From assembly GCA_964019335.1 (NCBI GenBank), contig OZ025648.1, positions 558,001-622,000 on the forward strand: a stretch of DNA of 64,000 nt, given 5' to 3'. Position numbers and translations under genes: made by a program. This DNA comes from Diplonema japonicum. Lineage: Eukaryota; Protista; Euglenozoa: Diplonemea. Positions 11,295 to 23,688 of this stretch are shown here, piece after piece; the stretch's first letter is position 1; each line of letters opens with the position of its first letter. The notes beneath the pieces are model-generated. The model made no database searches and was not told where the DNA came from. It was given only the letters and a program-made list of their open reading frames with translations.

Positions 11295-12191
11295 CCCCAG
11301 CCTGCCGTACCTCGAGTTCGGACATGAATCGCATATATTCCGCATCTGCCGATGCGGTATTCCTCTGTGGGGCAGCGGCCATGGGGTTGAAAACCCCGGG
11401 CTGTGTGTTTATAAGTTTTGTTTTTTTTTTTTTTTTTTTTTCTTCCAAACCTGTTGTGCAGCGCCCTGTTTCCATGTCTCCTCTCTGTAGGTACCGTTGA
11501 GGATGGCAACTTCCTTCCTTTTCTCGTTTCTGAACTCGATGGCTTCCTTTCTGTCAGAGATGATGAACTCTATGCGTTCCACGCATTTGTGTAAAGCCTC
11601 TTCCGAAGGGGCGGTGATGTGACAATGAGGCGCGTCGTCCTCCCCTGCCCTGTGCTCCCCAGGGTTCTGTTTATTCTTAAGCATATCGGAGATACCCTTG
11701 CCCATCAATGAAATTTTACACCCGGTGGATTGTTGGAGCTCTTGGTGGGTTCTTCCACGTGCGCCAAGGATGGCACCGTATGCTCGGGATTGGATCTGTT
11801 CCTTCGTGAAGTAGATTTTTTTCGTGATCCGCGCTTCGGATTGAGCGTTCTTCTGGTTGATACGCGAAGACACGGCAAGAAGCTCCTGGACAAGCTTCAT
11901 TTTCTTCTCCTTAAACACCATCTGTGCGGTGTTGACTCGCTCCCCCTTGGCGTTGTATACGGGAGCCTCGTCCCGCTTCCTCTTTCGCAGATACCACTCG
12001 TCCTCCCTCTTCTGCTCTCCTATTCTGTTCATGTCTGCAAAGGCAGCACGTAACATGAAGACCCCCATGGCCTGTCCCTTGCACACAGTGAAAAGTTCAG
12101 GTGGTACGTACACCGGGACTGCGGGTGAGTGTTTTCTGTCTGCCGACCATCGTGGCATGGCAGGGTGCGTCACACTCATGTGGGGCATCAT
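11096..12191 (-). CDS. SF1: Splicing factor 1 / branchpoint-binding protein (KH-QUA2), 2 introns
   Basis: PVYNAKGERVNT, GAILGARGRT KH loop, CKISLMGKG, ILNGTYRE, EYMRFMSEL and a Pro-rich tail. GT-AG introns 11401-11450 and 11255-11310 restore the frame. Confidence 0.85.
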
Positions 12192-12312
12192 TTTTTTTTT
12201 TTTTTTTTTCTTACCCTGTTTGGTGATGTGTAGAAGAAGGAAAAAAAAAAGAAAAAAAAGAAAAGACGGTGAGGGGAGGGGAGGTACTAACAAATAGAAA
12301 AATTCTTTCTTT

Positions 12313-12525
12313 TCAGTCTCGTTTCCTTTTTGGTCCTTCCGAAGAACAGGTGCTTGTTCCCAGTCCCATGGCCACCCTCATCAGGACTTCTGACGGTATC
12401 TTTCTCAGCTCGTGTACTGCCTCGTCGGATCCTGCTGCTGCTGCCTCCTCAAGCAGAGGGACAGCCTCAGCAAGCAGCCCTCTTGATATCAACAACCTCG
12501 CATCAGCGACAGAGGCAACGGGCAT
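12313..12525 (-). CDS. Small hypothetical protein (70 aa)
   Basis: ATG-initiated ORF with coding-like composition between homopolymer spacers; helical stretch EAVPLLEEAAAAG. Confidence 0.4.
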   Translation of the reverse strand: MPVASVADARLLISRGLLAEAVPLLEEAAAAGSDEAVHELRKIPSEVLMRVAMGLGTSTCSSEGPKRKRD

Positions 12526-12594
12526 AGATAGGGGGTGGGGATGGGGAGAAGAATAAAAAGAAAATAATCGACGTGAAACAAGTCTTAAAATACT

Positions 12595-12628
<34 letters not shown>

Positions 12629-13689
12629 CTTCTTCTTTTCTTCCCCTAAAGGACCACAAAACTTTCAATTACAGCTGTCATTCTGTGCCTTGAACTCTAG
12701 AATTAGGTCAGATGGAGCTTGTTGGGAACATCCCCCCCGGGTGGAAAAATGAAAGGGCACAAAAACTTTTTTTTGATGCCCATCATACTCCTTTTGGGTA
12801 AACGAGTCTTAGGTAAAATTGCCACATTTCCGAAGGGCGCAAAAAGGCTGTTTCGTCTGTCCTTTAGGGGTATTGTGTACTGTGTAACAAGGGGGGGGGG
12901 GGGGGGGGGAGAAGAAGAAGAAGAAGAAGAAGAAGAAGAGGGGAAGAGTGAGAAAGAGAGAGAGAGAAAGTATATAAAAGGGGGGGGGGGATAATAAATT
13001 TTGTACCGGACCCGATATCCGTCGCTCATTTATACTTGGTGGAATACCCAAGGATGAAGCAGGAAAGCAAGGTGCGGGGGGGGAAGAGCGTGTTTTGCAA
13101 AACAGAACAAAGGAACCCAGCTGTTTCCTCTTTTGCGCACGAAAAGGGAAGACAGACAATCTGGGCGAGACACACTACACGGCTGTGGTTCGAGGAGAAA
13201 GAACGGCCTCCTGTGGCCGTGTATCACCGCAGGATAGTTAACCAATAACAAATACTAAATAGAACAAACTGAGATGGCGGGTTTCCAAATGCTTATTGAA
13301 AATTTCAAATGGTAACACGCAGTAAGGGGGGGAAAGGGCAAAAAAAAAAAAAGAAAAAAAGAAAAAAAGAAAAAAAGAAAAAAAACTAAAGCACCCTCTC
13401 TCCTTTAACTTCAGTCCCCACCAGGAAGTAGCCAAGAAAATACAGAAAAATATCCAGAGGGCAAAAAAGAGAACAAAAAAGGTGTCTTTGAAGGGAACCT
13501 GCGCCGATGTGACAGGATCGCCTAAAAAAAGAGGGGGGGGAGGGGGGGAGGGAAAAATAGAATTTCTTTTTCTTTCGAGAAATTTGTTATAAGAGGGTTG
13601 CGGAGGGGGGAGGAAGAAACAGAACCGAGAAAAAAAAAAAGAAAGAAAAAAACAGGGGGTAAAAAAAAAATTTTTTTTTTCCTCCTTTT

Positions 13690-14892
13690 CTACTGACACG
13701 CTATTTTTGCCTCCTTCACGGTTGCCCAGCGTTTCTTTGCAGCCTCCTCGTCACAGGGTATACTGGGTTTTTCAAAGTGGAAATCGTCCCTGCAAATATC
13801 GTTCATGAGCACGGCTGCCTCCGCCTGGAAAAATCGATTATAATGCGCCCCATCGTGGGTGTGCTTGGACCCGTTTCTCGTCATTGAAGTGGCATCAAAC
13901 ACATCAACATTCTCACACGCTGCCACCATCAGCAGCGCCTCACGGTACACCCCAGCCTTCTTAGGAGAATTACACCTCCGACACCTCTGGTTCGGCGAAC
14001 AGTTCGACTCTGTGTGGAGCCAGTGCAACGGGATGATCGTCAGCTTCGCTGTTGGTTTCATCAAGGATTTGATGAATCTTACACGGGATTTTAAATTATT
14101 ATAAAAATGAATGGGGGATCGGTGATGAGCACCCATATCCCACATCCCTGAGCTTACGTATATGTGGTCGCTTTTTTTCATGCTTTCAATCGATGATGGG
14201 TCTTTAAAAGCTCCTGCGTAAAGAGCGGATGGTGTCCAATAGAACTCGAGCATGCCCTTGCCCATGACGAATCGGCGGGAGCGTTCGTCGCACCAAGTTT
14301 TTGGGACTCTACCTGGACGGTCGCATGTTGAGAACTTCACAGTGCGTCTGGAGGATAAGGTTCGTGTCAGCTTCTTGACTGTGTCACGCAGCAAGGAGTC
14401 TCCATACAGAGCCACACGCTTGCCCTTACCCATGTTGGCCAGGCATTTGTTCATATTGAACTTCCAGGGTAGGACACATGTTTCTGGTTTCCAAAGTGTC
14501 CATTGCGCGATGCTAATTAGCTTTCCAGAAGTTGCCTCGTTGAAATTCGTGCATTGTTTCAGGTTTTTTTGTTGTTGTTCAGTTGGAACGGCTGGTTGCG
14601 GGGTCTCAGGGGTGGTGGTTTCTTCCGTGACTTTTTCCACGTAGCTCTCGTCCACATTATCTGCCGCGTCCCATTTGTTTATTTTCTCGTCGCCGGACGG
14701 TGACGGAGATGGGGATGAAATGGTGGCGCTGAGAACGGGCAGTTTAGTCACCGGAACTTTCGGTTTGAACACTGTTGATATCGCTATGCCTATCACAATG
14801 CCGACGACCAACAAGCACATTCCCCTCCCGAATGAGGATCCTGTTTTCCCAGGTTGCTTCACTACAACTGCTGGCATGGTGTGGTGGACCAT
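13690..14892 (-). CDS. Type II membrane SGNH/PC-esterase-like protein
   Basis: N-terminal TM segment, GDS motif (ALYGDSLLRD) and DxxH motif (DGAHY). Confidence 0.75.
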   Translation of the reverse strand: MVHHTMPAVVVKQPGKTGSSFGRGMCLLVVGIVIGIAISTVFKPKVPVTKLPVLSATISSPSPSPSGDEKINKWDAADNVDESYVEKVTEETTTPETPQPAVPTEQQQKNLKQCTNFNEATSGKLISIAQWTLWKPETCVLPWKFNMNKCLANMGKGKRVALYGDSLLRDTVKKLTRTLSSRRTVKFSTCDRPGRVPKTWCDERSRRFVMGKGMLEFYWTPSALYAGAFKDPSSIESMKKSDHIYVSSGMWDMGAHHRSPIHFYNNLKSRVRFIKSLMKPTAKLTIIPLHWLHTESNCSPNQRCRRCNSPKKAGVYREALLMVAACENVDVFDATSMTRNGSKHTHDGAHYNRFFQAEAAVLMNDICRDDFHFEKPSIPCDEEAAKKRWATVKEAKIACQ

Positions 14893-15111
14893 TTTTTTTT
14901 TTTTTTTGAGCTTTTTTTTTTTCTTTTGAAAAAATATTTTATTCTTTCATTTTACCGAGGGGGGGTGCGAGAAAAAAAAAGAAGGAAAAAAGAAAGGGGG
15001 ACTAGATGGAGAAATAATAAAGAAAAAAAAGGAAAACAAAAAAAACAAAAAAAAGAAGAAGAAGAGGTAGGAAGGAGAAGGGAGGGGGGGGGGAGAAAGA
15101 GTTCGGTGGGG

Positions 15112-15156
<45 letters not shown>

Positions 15157-16163
15157 CCGTTTGGTGTGTGTGTTTGTGTGCGTGTGGGTGAGAAACTGCA
15201 TGTTGGGAAGAAAGGGAATTATGCCTGAAACTCTTCTTTTTGTTTGTATTTTACAGTGTTTTGGGATCGTTATTTATTTATTCTTTTTTTTTTTTTTTTT
15301 TTTTTTTCGTCGATTCAAAAAAAAAAAAAAAAATCGTTTTTTAAAAGTTTAGTACAGGAGTGGAGAAAGGAAAGGAATAAAAAGAGTGAGGAGAAGGGGA
15401 AATAAAAAGGTGAGGGGGGGGAATAAAAAAAAAACACTAAAAAAACCCCCGTTGTGGTTTGTGTGCGCAGCAGTATGTAATTTTTTTTTCTTTTCTTTTT
15501 TTTTCTTTTTTTGACCCTTCCCTTCTGTGTTTCTTCAAAAACAAATTATTGAATGTTTTCTTTCTTTTTTCTTTAACACTGAAATCAGAAATGGGTTCGC
15601 AGCACCAAAAGGACAAGGGGGTCGTTTAGAGGGGAAGAAGAAGGGGAAAAAGAAGGGGAGAGGGGGGGGAAAAAAACGTAAGCCGTTCACCACCAATACC
15701 TGTTTTCCCTTCCCGTCGCTTTTTCTTTCTCACCTCTTATCGAGATGCTAAAGAAAAAAAAAAACCATAAAAGAAAAAAAAGAAAATTCAAATGGGTTAT
15801 TTTTTTTTTTCTTTCTTCAATTCTTTTTTTTTTCCCTTGTTACGATTGTTGTGTTTTTATATAAAAAAAAAACTCGAAGAGGAAGAGAAAAAAACCGGTT
15901 TTTTTTCTTTTTTTTTTCTTCTTTTTTTTTAAATTTAAACTTTTATATTTTCTTTTTTTGGTTTCTTCTTTATAAAAAAAGCACAGAAAAGGAGGGAGAG
16001 GTATCTTCTTTTAGAGAGGGAAAAAAAAGGGGGGGGATAATAAAAAAGGTAAGAGTAATAAAAAAAAATGTAAGAAAAAGAAAATAGCACAAATAAAAAG
16101 ATTTAAAAAAAAAAAAAAAACAAGACGAAAAGTTTTTTCTTTCAAGAAAAAGGGAGTTAAGTT

Positions 16164-16257
16164 CTACTGCTCATCCTTGGCGAGCCTTTTTGCAACATCT
16201 GCCCAAGAGGCAGAGGGAGCGCTTCCAGCAGAAGTTTGAGCAGGAGCAGGAGCAGTG

Positions 16258-16292
<35 letters not shown>

Positions 16293-18139
16293 CCTGTAAA
16301 GCATACCTCTTGTGGTTCTTCAACACGCATAGTAGGCTTCTTTGAGGGTTCTTCAGCAGGAGAAGTTTGGGGTGTGCCCTTCTTGGATCCTTTTCCTTCG
16401 CCCTTTCTCCGTTTCTTCTCACCTTGGTCCCCACCCTTCTTCCCAGAACCTCTCCCCCCACGGCCCTCAGCACCCCGGCCGCCTCTCCCCTTGCTTTCTC
16501 CTTTACTCCCTTTTCCTTCCTTCTTTGTTTTTTTATCCACAGGTTGTGTACTTTTTTGCACAGACCCACCCGGGACTACAAGCGTGCCTCCAGTAAGGCC
16601 TGCTCGGTACTGTTTTTTTATTTATTTTTTTTTTCCTAAAGCCATACCTGCAGGAAAGGGGTGCTGGGCACCCGTACGTCCTGAGCGTGCACTACAGCCT
16701 CTGCGAAGGTTTTTTTACGATCTTCGCTGTTGTCCTCTTCAGCAGGGGTTGCTTCCGCAACAGGCTCTGCTTTGGGTTCTTCTTCCTTCTTCTCTTCCTC
16801 GAGCGGTTTTTCCTTCGGTGTGTCCGTCTCGCTCACCGCGGACATGACTGCCTTCTTCTTGTTCCCCTTCTTTGCTGCTTCAAGGAAGTCCGTGTCCTTC
16901 TTCTTCACAGGTTTGATCAGCTCGATGCTGTAGTCGGGTGTTGCCAGTGCCACGCCACACCCCGCCAGCTCAGGCTTCAAGGATGCCGCTAGCGAGGCGC
17001 TTGCCTTGAGCTTGTTCCCAAAGGCCTCCAGCTTGGAGATGATTTCTTCTTTGCTCCACTTGATCACCTCTGCGGGGGGGGAAGGAAAAAAAAATTGGTT
17101 TTTTTTTATTTTTTTGTTTTTTTAGTGTGTACCCTTCTCGTACAGCCCATCTGCCTGCACCAATGTCGGGAAGTCCTCAGCTGTGAACACAGGCTTCTTC
17201 TCTTCCGCTTGCACCTGCGGAGGAGGGCCCTTCTTCCCCCCCTTCTTCCCACCCTTCATCCCCTTCTTGCCCATCCCCTTCCCTCCCTTGCCGTCCATCT
17301 TCATCTGCTGGAGATAAGATGTATAACTGCAAGGGAACCAGTGGGGCGAGCTGTACCCGCTGGTGTCTTGAGCTGCGAAAAAGATTATTTGCTTTTTTTT
17401 TTTCATGATGCCATCATACCGTAGCCGGAGAAAGGGTCAGCAAACATCATGCCGTAGTGGCCCTGGTGCTGGTGCTGATGGTGCTGGTGATGGTGGTGGT
17501 GGTGGTGGTGGTGATGGAAATGCTGCTGCGCCTCGTGCTGGATGTGCTCTGCGATCTCATGCTTAGCTACAAGCATGTTGATCCCCATGGACTCGTTCTT
17601 AATACGCGCCCGGATGGGCTGGTCACGGAGCTTGGAGGAGATGGCGAGACGGTGCATGGCGGAGGTCTATTTTAGTTTTATATTAACCCCCCTCCCCTTC
17701 CCCTCCCCCCCCTCCACAATACCTCTTCTTCAGTTGAGAAGACCAAAAATCGCATGTTGTTAACTTCCCGTTTAATAGTGGCGGGCTTGGTGGTGAAGAT
17801 GGCGAGCAGCTCTTCGTCTGTGACATCATCAGGAACCTCTCGTAGGATGACGGTGGTTCTGAGAGCCGGTTTGATGTTGGCCGGTGCTATGAGCATCTCG
17901 CTGCTGTCTTCGTCAAGCCTCAGCACATCGCTGCTCTTGACAATGTCTACTAGTTCTTCTTTGCTCTGACACAAGTCGCGGATCCTAGGGAAGCTCGCCA
18001 CCACGTCCAGCGGGACCCTCAGCTTGCTATCCATTTTGCTGTACAGGTAGAAGTCGGTCTGCAAGTTCCGTGGGCTCAGGTAGAATTCGACTTGCTCCTT
18101 CAATTTCAACTTGACTCTGTCTGCCGCATCCCCTGCCAT
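16164..18139 (-). CDS. La-related protein (La motif + RRM), at least 5 introns
   Basis: LKEQVEFYLSPRNLQTDFYL La motif, TTVILREVP RRM, EDFPTL and SWADVAK motifs. Introns 17667-17722, 17373-17419, 17070-17132, 16610-16647 and 16260-16306 join the ORF pieces in frame. Confidence 0.85.
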
Positions 18140-18164
18140 CTTGTGGTCAATATATATGTGTTTT

Positions 18165-18207
<43 letters not shown>

Positions 18208-18730
18208 TGGTGTGTTCCCTTTAAAAGTGTTACAATTGAAATTTTTAAGGAAAACATGATGCTGTAATATATCGGGGGGGGGGATGTAAAAAATAATTAT
18301 TTATGACAATATGTGTTTGTTGTTCGCACGAGCAAAAAAAAAAAGTTTTAAAAAGTTGCGAAAGTTTTTTTTTCTCTTTTTTTGCTCGGCACAAGTTGCA
18401 TATAGTTATAAAATCATTTCTTGATAAATACTTGTAACAAAAAAAAAATGAAAAGGGACAGCCAACCATATTTAAAGGCTTTCTGGTTTATGGTGGGGGA
18501 GGGGGAGAACCCCACTGTGGCGATAAAGGGGCTTTGAAAAAAAGAAAAAAAGATGCCCCTTTTTCATTTTTTTTTTCTTATTGCCTCGAAGTGGGGTTTC
18601 CCCCCTCCCACATGTAGTTAAGAGAATAAAGCGGGGGAGAAGAAAAAAAAAAGGGGTGGGGAGAGAAAAGTACCGGTGTCAGCCAGAGATTCATCCACTT
18701 CCTTCCTTTTTCTTTGCCCTCATTTATTTG

Positions 18731-18762
<32 letters not shown>

Positions 18763-19179
18763 CTTTCTCTCGGAGAGAGGAGAACTTTAGAAGGTGAAGT
18801 AAGGTGACAAAGGTAGAAACAGGATACAAAAAAGGGAGGGGAGAAGCTGAGAAAAAAAAGGGGAAAAAAAAAGAGACAGGAAGAAAGCAAAAATACAAAC
18901 GAGAAACAGACTGAAGCAAGAATTATTATGTAAAGAGAAGAAAAAAAAAAAAGAGGAAAAAAAAATCCACAGGAAAATCTGTAAGTCAATACACATGTAA
19001 CCTGGTCCACATAAATGAAGAGAATCACACAGAGATACACACATTTATAAGAAAAAGAAAAAAAATACAAAGCTATTTTGATAATCTTTAACACATTTCA
19101 CTCCACCACCAATCACACCAAAACACACCGACTCCGGTTCGGCGGAAGGATTTTTTTTTTCCTTTTTTTTTTTTTTTTT

Positions 19180-20187
19180 TCAAAAAAGTTTTGGAGGCAC
19201 CATGCAGGTTACCATGATCTGCCCGTTAACAGACTTCACAGAAGGCGGGGGGGAATAGGCATGGGGAGACGCAGATCTAGAATGCAAAGGGCTGTAAGAG
19301 TTGTAATGTGGCTGAACAGGCGGCGGGCGCACTGGAGGCGCGGAGACATGGGTACGGTAAGAAGCAATCGACACAGGGGGCCGGACCTCCGTCCCTGGGG
19401 CTGGCTGGCTGCGGAAAGAAGTTGAGTACTCGGACAACTGCTGCGGAGGGATGCTGTAAGTGGAAGGCGGGATGTAAGGCAGACTTTTCGACGGCGAAGG
19501 AGAATAATACTCGGGATCAAAAACAGCATCCTGATGCATTGTAGGCGAAGAGTGGGAATACCCACCACCACCACCACCACCACCACTATTCCTTACCACA
19601 CTGTGATTATTCCTATAACTATCGATCGGAGGGGAATAAGATGTGTTGTTGTTGTTGTTGTTGTTGTTGCTGGAGTACTTCGCATCACCTGATGTGATAG
19701 GTCTTGACCGTTTCCCTGACTTCCACAACCTCATCTTTTCTTCAGGCGTCATATACCCAGCGGTCTTTACTAGATCCGCGTGTTCTTTTAAAACGGTGGG
19801 ACCGACATCATTGCATCTGAAGGGACCTCCCTTTAACTGCCTTAACATATTCTCAAGCATACCGGGGTGGGACCCGGTGGGGGTGTTTCTGGTGTCGTTG
19901 AGGATGTCTAGGTAGAGGGAGGGTTCCCTTGCACCGGGCTTCATGGTCAGGACGAGTTGCGTGCCGCTTTTGTACATTTCAGCGATGTCGTCTATCTTGC
20001 AAACTCTGCAGAGATCTCCGTCCATGTTGCTGAGATACAAGATAGTATTTGTCAGGATTAACACGCGGGTGACCTTCCAGCTGAAGGTCCTGCACACCTT
20101 CTTCACCACCCAGCACAATACAGCATCACGAATGTCAATCCCGAGCTTCTGTCTTAAATTATTATCAATTTGGATAATTGGGAGCAT
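19180..20187 (-). CDS. Hypothetical protein, PH-like N-terminal domain plus Pro/Ser-rich tail
   Basis: 335-aa ORF with a KVTRVLILTNTILYL beta-strand pattern; the 3' end may be spliced. Confidence 0.65.
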   Translation of the reverse strand: MLPIIQIDNNLRQKLGIDIRDAVLCWVVKKVCRTFSWKVTRVLILTNTILYLSNMDGDLCRVCKIDDIAEMYKSGTQLVLTMKPGAREPSLYLDILNDTRNTPTGSHPGMLENMLRQLKGGPFRCNDVGPTVLKEHADLVKTAGYMTPEEKMRLWKSGKRSRPITSGDAKYSSNNNNNNNNTSYSPPIDSYRNNHSVVRNSGGGGGGGGYSHSSPTMHQDAVFDPEYYSPSPSKSLPYIPPSTYSIPPQQLSEYSTSFRSQPAPGTEVRPPVSIASYRTHVSAPPVRPPPVQPHYNSYSPLHSRSASPHAYSPPPSVKSVNGQIMVTCMVPPKLF

Positions 20188-22278
20188 AATCGTGGTTTTT
20201 TTTTCTTTTTTTTTTTTTCTGTTATACTAAACTTTTTTACGAAAAAAAAAATTTGGAATAAAATCCTTTGCAAATGAGGAAAATAAGGAAGGAAAGGGGG
20301 GGGGGGGGGGGGGAGAATGGGGATTGAGGGGGGTAAAGAAAACAGAAAAGTAGGACATAATAACGGTGGTGAGCACGCTACGAGTGGGAGGGGGGATAAA
20401 AAAAAGTGGTGAAAGGGTTCTTTTCTTTTTTTTTGGTTTTTGTTTGCTTTTTTTTCCCCTCCTATATAAAAAAGGGGGGGTGGAAAAAGAATAATACTGT
20501 AAAAAAAGAAAAAGGGGAAACAAAGAAAAAAAAAGAAACTATCACCGAAGAGCGGATTTCGTTTTCTTTTTTCCCCCCCCCTTTTTTTTTCCTTTCTCTG
20601 CTGAGGCAATATCTCGAACTACCTACCCACCAAAAAAAAAAAGAAAAAAAGAAAAAAACACCCAGAAGGGTGATTTTTCCTTTTGCAGCATAAAAAAAAG
20701 GGTTTTGTTTTGTCTGTTCTCTCCCCCCCCCCCCCCCCTCCCTCTTCGGCTCAAGTAGGTAGTTTTTCCTACGAGAAGTGATTCTATAGGATATCCCGAT
20801 GAATCTTTTTTTTTTTTGAGGTTTTTTCCCCCTTTTCTCCCTTTCTTTTTCGCAAAGGAAGACTGGGAGGAGGGGGAATAAAGAGACTGGTTCGCAGTAA
20901 CTTTTCTTCTTCTTTTTTTTTTTTATTTTGTGTACAAACTTTTTTTCCCCTCTCCCAGAGCAGCACTTCCTTATTCGATAAGTATCCAGGAAAAAGTTCC
21001 AGTTTTTTTTTTGGGGGGGTTTTCCGGTCACGCTCTTCTCTTTCTTCTCTTCATTCTATTGTAATTTTGCAAGGCCAGACTTGTAGGGGACGGGACATTA
21101 AGAAAAAAAAAATTGACCCTTCTCTCTTTACCTAATAACCCCCCCAACTTTTTTTTTTGTCCTCCCATTTGTGATCCTCTCTTTTTCTAGAGGGCCGCAG
21201 ACGAAGGGTGTCGGCTAAAGGGCTAATGTTGATATTTTTTTTTTTCCCCTTCCTATATAGCCTTGTCGTGAATTTTATTTTTATCTACTTGTACCTTAAC
21301 ACCGCAATTACATGGAGAGCAAAGAGGGGACGGAGAGACGGAAAATAGGAGAGGGCCAAAAAAAAAGAAGTGGGAATTGAAAGTGAGGTAGGGGGGGGGG
21401 GGGGGGGGGGGGGTCGTCGTAAGCGGCAAAGAAAAAAAGAAAAAAGTGTTAAATCAGGAAAGGTGCTGCGCATCGCACTCTCCTTTCTACCCCCCCCTCT
21501 TTTTTGTGAAGCCCAGAAAAAGAAAAGAGGGGGGGGGGGGAAAGCCCCGGGGTTCTTTTCTTTCTCTTATACCTTTTTTTATTTCTTTCTTTTTCCTTCT
21601 CTTTTGAGAAAGAAAAAGAAAACACCAATGAAAAAGAGAGACAATCATAGAAAAAAAAACAACAACAAAAAAAGAAAGAGAATAGAAGAAAAGAAGGAAA
21701 AGGAAAAAAAATAAGGAACCCCTCATTTCCTCCTTTTTCCCCAGTACATACAAAAAAAATGTTTATACCTAATAATAATAGTATTTTCTTTCTTTATTTG
21801 TTCTTGTGGGGGGGGGGGGGGGGGGTACACATCCCTTTTTTCGGTTTTTTTATTTTAATACACCCCCCACCCTTCCCCATCTTTAAAAAGATGTACATAG
21901 GTATTGACCCCTCTTTTTTTTTTGCCATCATGAATATGATATAGCAGCAACAGAGGTGAGGAACCTCTTTTGTTTTCGCACACATTGAAAAAAAAAAGAT
22001 GTCTTTGAAGGGAACCTGCAGTATGTGACAGGATCGCCTAAAAAGAAAAAAAAAAGAAGAACAAAAAAATGAATCCGTATAGAGAATAGACTTTTTCGAC
22101 TTTCCCACATCTCTTTTATTTTCCTTTCTTTCTTCTTTTTTTTTTTTTTTTTTTTTTCTTTTGTATCCATTGCCCTCTTTTTTTTTTTTTTTTTTTCCGG
22201 CACTTTTTCAAAAAAAAAAAAAAAAAAAAAATCTGAACCTAGATAACGTATCTATAATAACCGACCTTTTTTTTTTTT

Positions 22279-23139
22279 TCAAATCGCTCCTGTTGCAGAT
22301 TCAGCAGAAACGCGACGCGCGGACAAAGCAGCCTGCCTATCATAACCAGATGCCACAGACGCCCGACGGCCATGCGCCGTACGAGGGGAATGACTGGCAT
22401 ATTCCACAGTACCCATAGTAGACTGCCAACCCCCCCGGGAGGTGGCACAGCTCCGCGCTGACGCCATCGGCATTCCACGTGGTGGGGTGCGAGAGGAGAG
22501 AGTACCCGGCGACGTGGCAAAGGCACGCGCCATACGAGTGCTCACCAGCTCTGCAGGGAATGCGATGATTTTAAGTTTTCCTTCTTTTTCATTCTGAGAC
22601 ATGAACAAGGTGACAGAGTCATCGTCGTCGATCTCCACCTTGTCCCCGTCAGTGTCCTCATAGTACAGCGTCAAGTCCATTTCGTTCAGCTTTGTTTCCA
22701 CCTTTTCCAAGAAGTCTTCGTAGCTGCTGTCACGGGGCATCAGCATGCTCTTAAGCAAGGGGCACCCATGCATGGATATAAAGACCTGTGTCTTGCCTTG
22801 GATTCTGTCACGTACGACCCCGCCACCGCCTCTTGAGGAGCAGGATGAGTCGCTGTCGTAGCTTCTGTCTCTTGGGGGTGCTCTTGATTGTCTTGATGAT
22901 GATGGTTCGCTGTGGGATTGTCTCCTTGCTGATTCCATCTGGTTTCGTTCCATCTCCTCCACCCTCGCCTCTGCATCTGCCACAATCGCGTCCGACTCCA
23001 GCATGCGTGCGTCCATGTCCTTCATCATCCTGCCTGTTGCCAGCACATCGCCTAGGAAGGCTTCAATATCCTCAATGGCCTGTGCATCCTTTGGGGGCGG
23101 GGGTGGGTCCGTCAGAATGTTGTTGATAAAACTATCCAT
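22279..23139 (-). CDS. PB1-domain protein
   Basis: LTLYYEDTDGDKVEIDDDDSV acidic OPCA-like motif; N-terminal coiled coil. Confidence 0.75.
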   Translation of the reverse strand: MDSFINNILTDPPPPPKDAQAIEDIEAFLGDVLATGRMMKDMDARMLESDAIVADAEARVEEMERNQMESARRQSHSEPSSSRQSRAPPRDRSYDSDSSCSSRGGGGVVRDRIQGKTQVFISMHGCPLLKSMLMPRDSSYEDFLEKVETKLNEMDLTLYYEDTDGDKVEIDDDDSVTLFMSQNEKEGKLKIIAFPAELVSTRMARAFATSPGTLSSRTPPRGMPMASARSCATSRGGWQSTMGTVEYASHSPRTAHGRRASVASGYDRQAALSARRVSAESATGAI

Positions 23140-23635
23140 GTCCTCCTGGATTTTTTAAAAAAAATTTTTTTTTGAAAAAATAAAAAAGAAAAAAAAATTT
23201 TTTTACCTGTTGTTTGTCCGACCATAGTGAATCCACAACACTTTCTCTTCTTGCTGCCATTGTCATTTTTTTTTTGCGGGGTGTGTGTGTGTGGGTGAGG
23301 GGGGGTGAGGTGGTGCGTCTCTTTATATTTTGGGTGGTGAAAAAAGAAAAAGAAAAGGGGTCCGGAAAAAAAAATATTCATAATAAAATAAAGGATAGAA
23401 ACAGAAGGGAAAAGAAAGAGAAAAAAAAAAAGAAATGACGGGGCGGGAAGGGAAGGGGGAAATAAAATAATAATAAAAAATAAAAAGTCTCAAAGTCAAG
23501 GATAAGAAGTTCTCTGGGAGGAATGGCATAAGTCAAGATGTTTTTTTTTGGGGGGGATAGTGGAAAAGGGGAAGTATAAAAAAAAGGAAAAAGTAAAAAG
23601 TGGAAATGGGCATTTTTTTTTTTCTTGTAAAAAAT

Positions 23636-23688
<53 letters not shown>

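Noticed and set aside
11096-18139. Stop-codon reassignment or programmed frameshifting to explain broken ORFs and poly-Lys runs
   Set aside because: Every break examined in host genes is resolved by a canonical GT-AG intron, and no suppressor tRNA is present.
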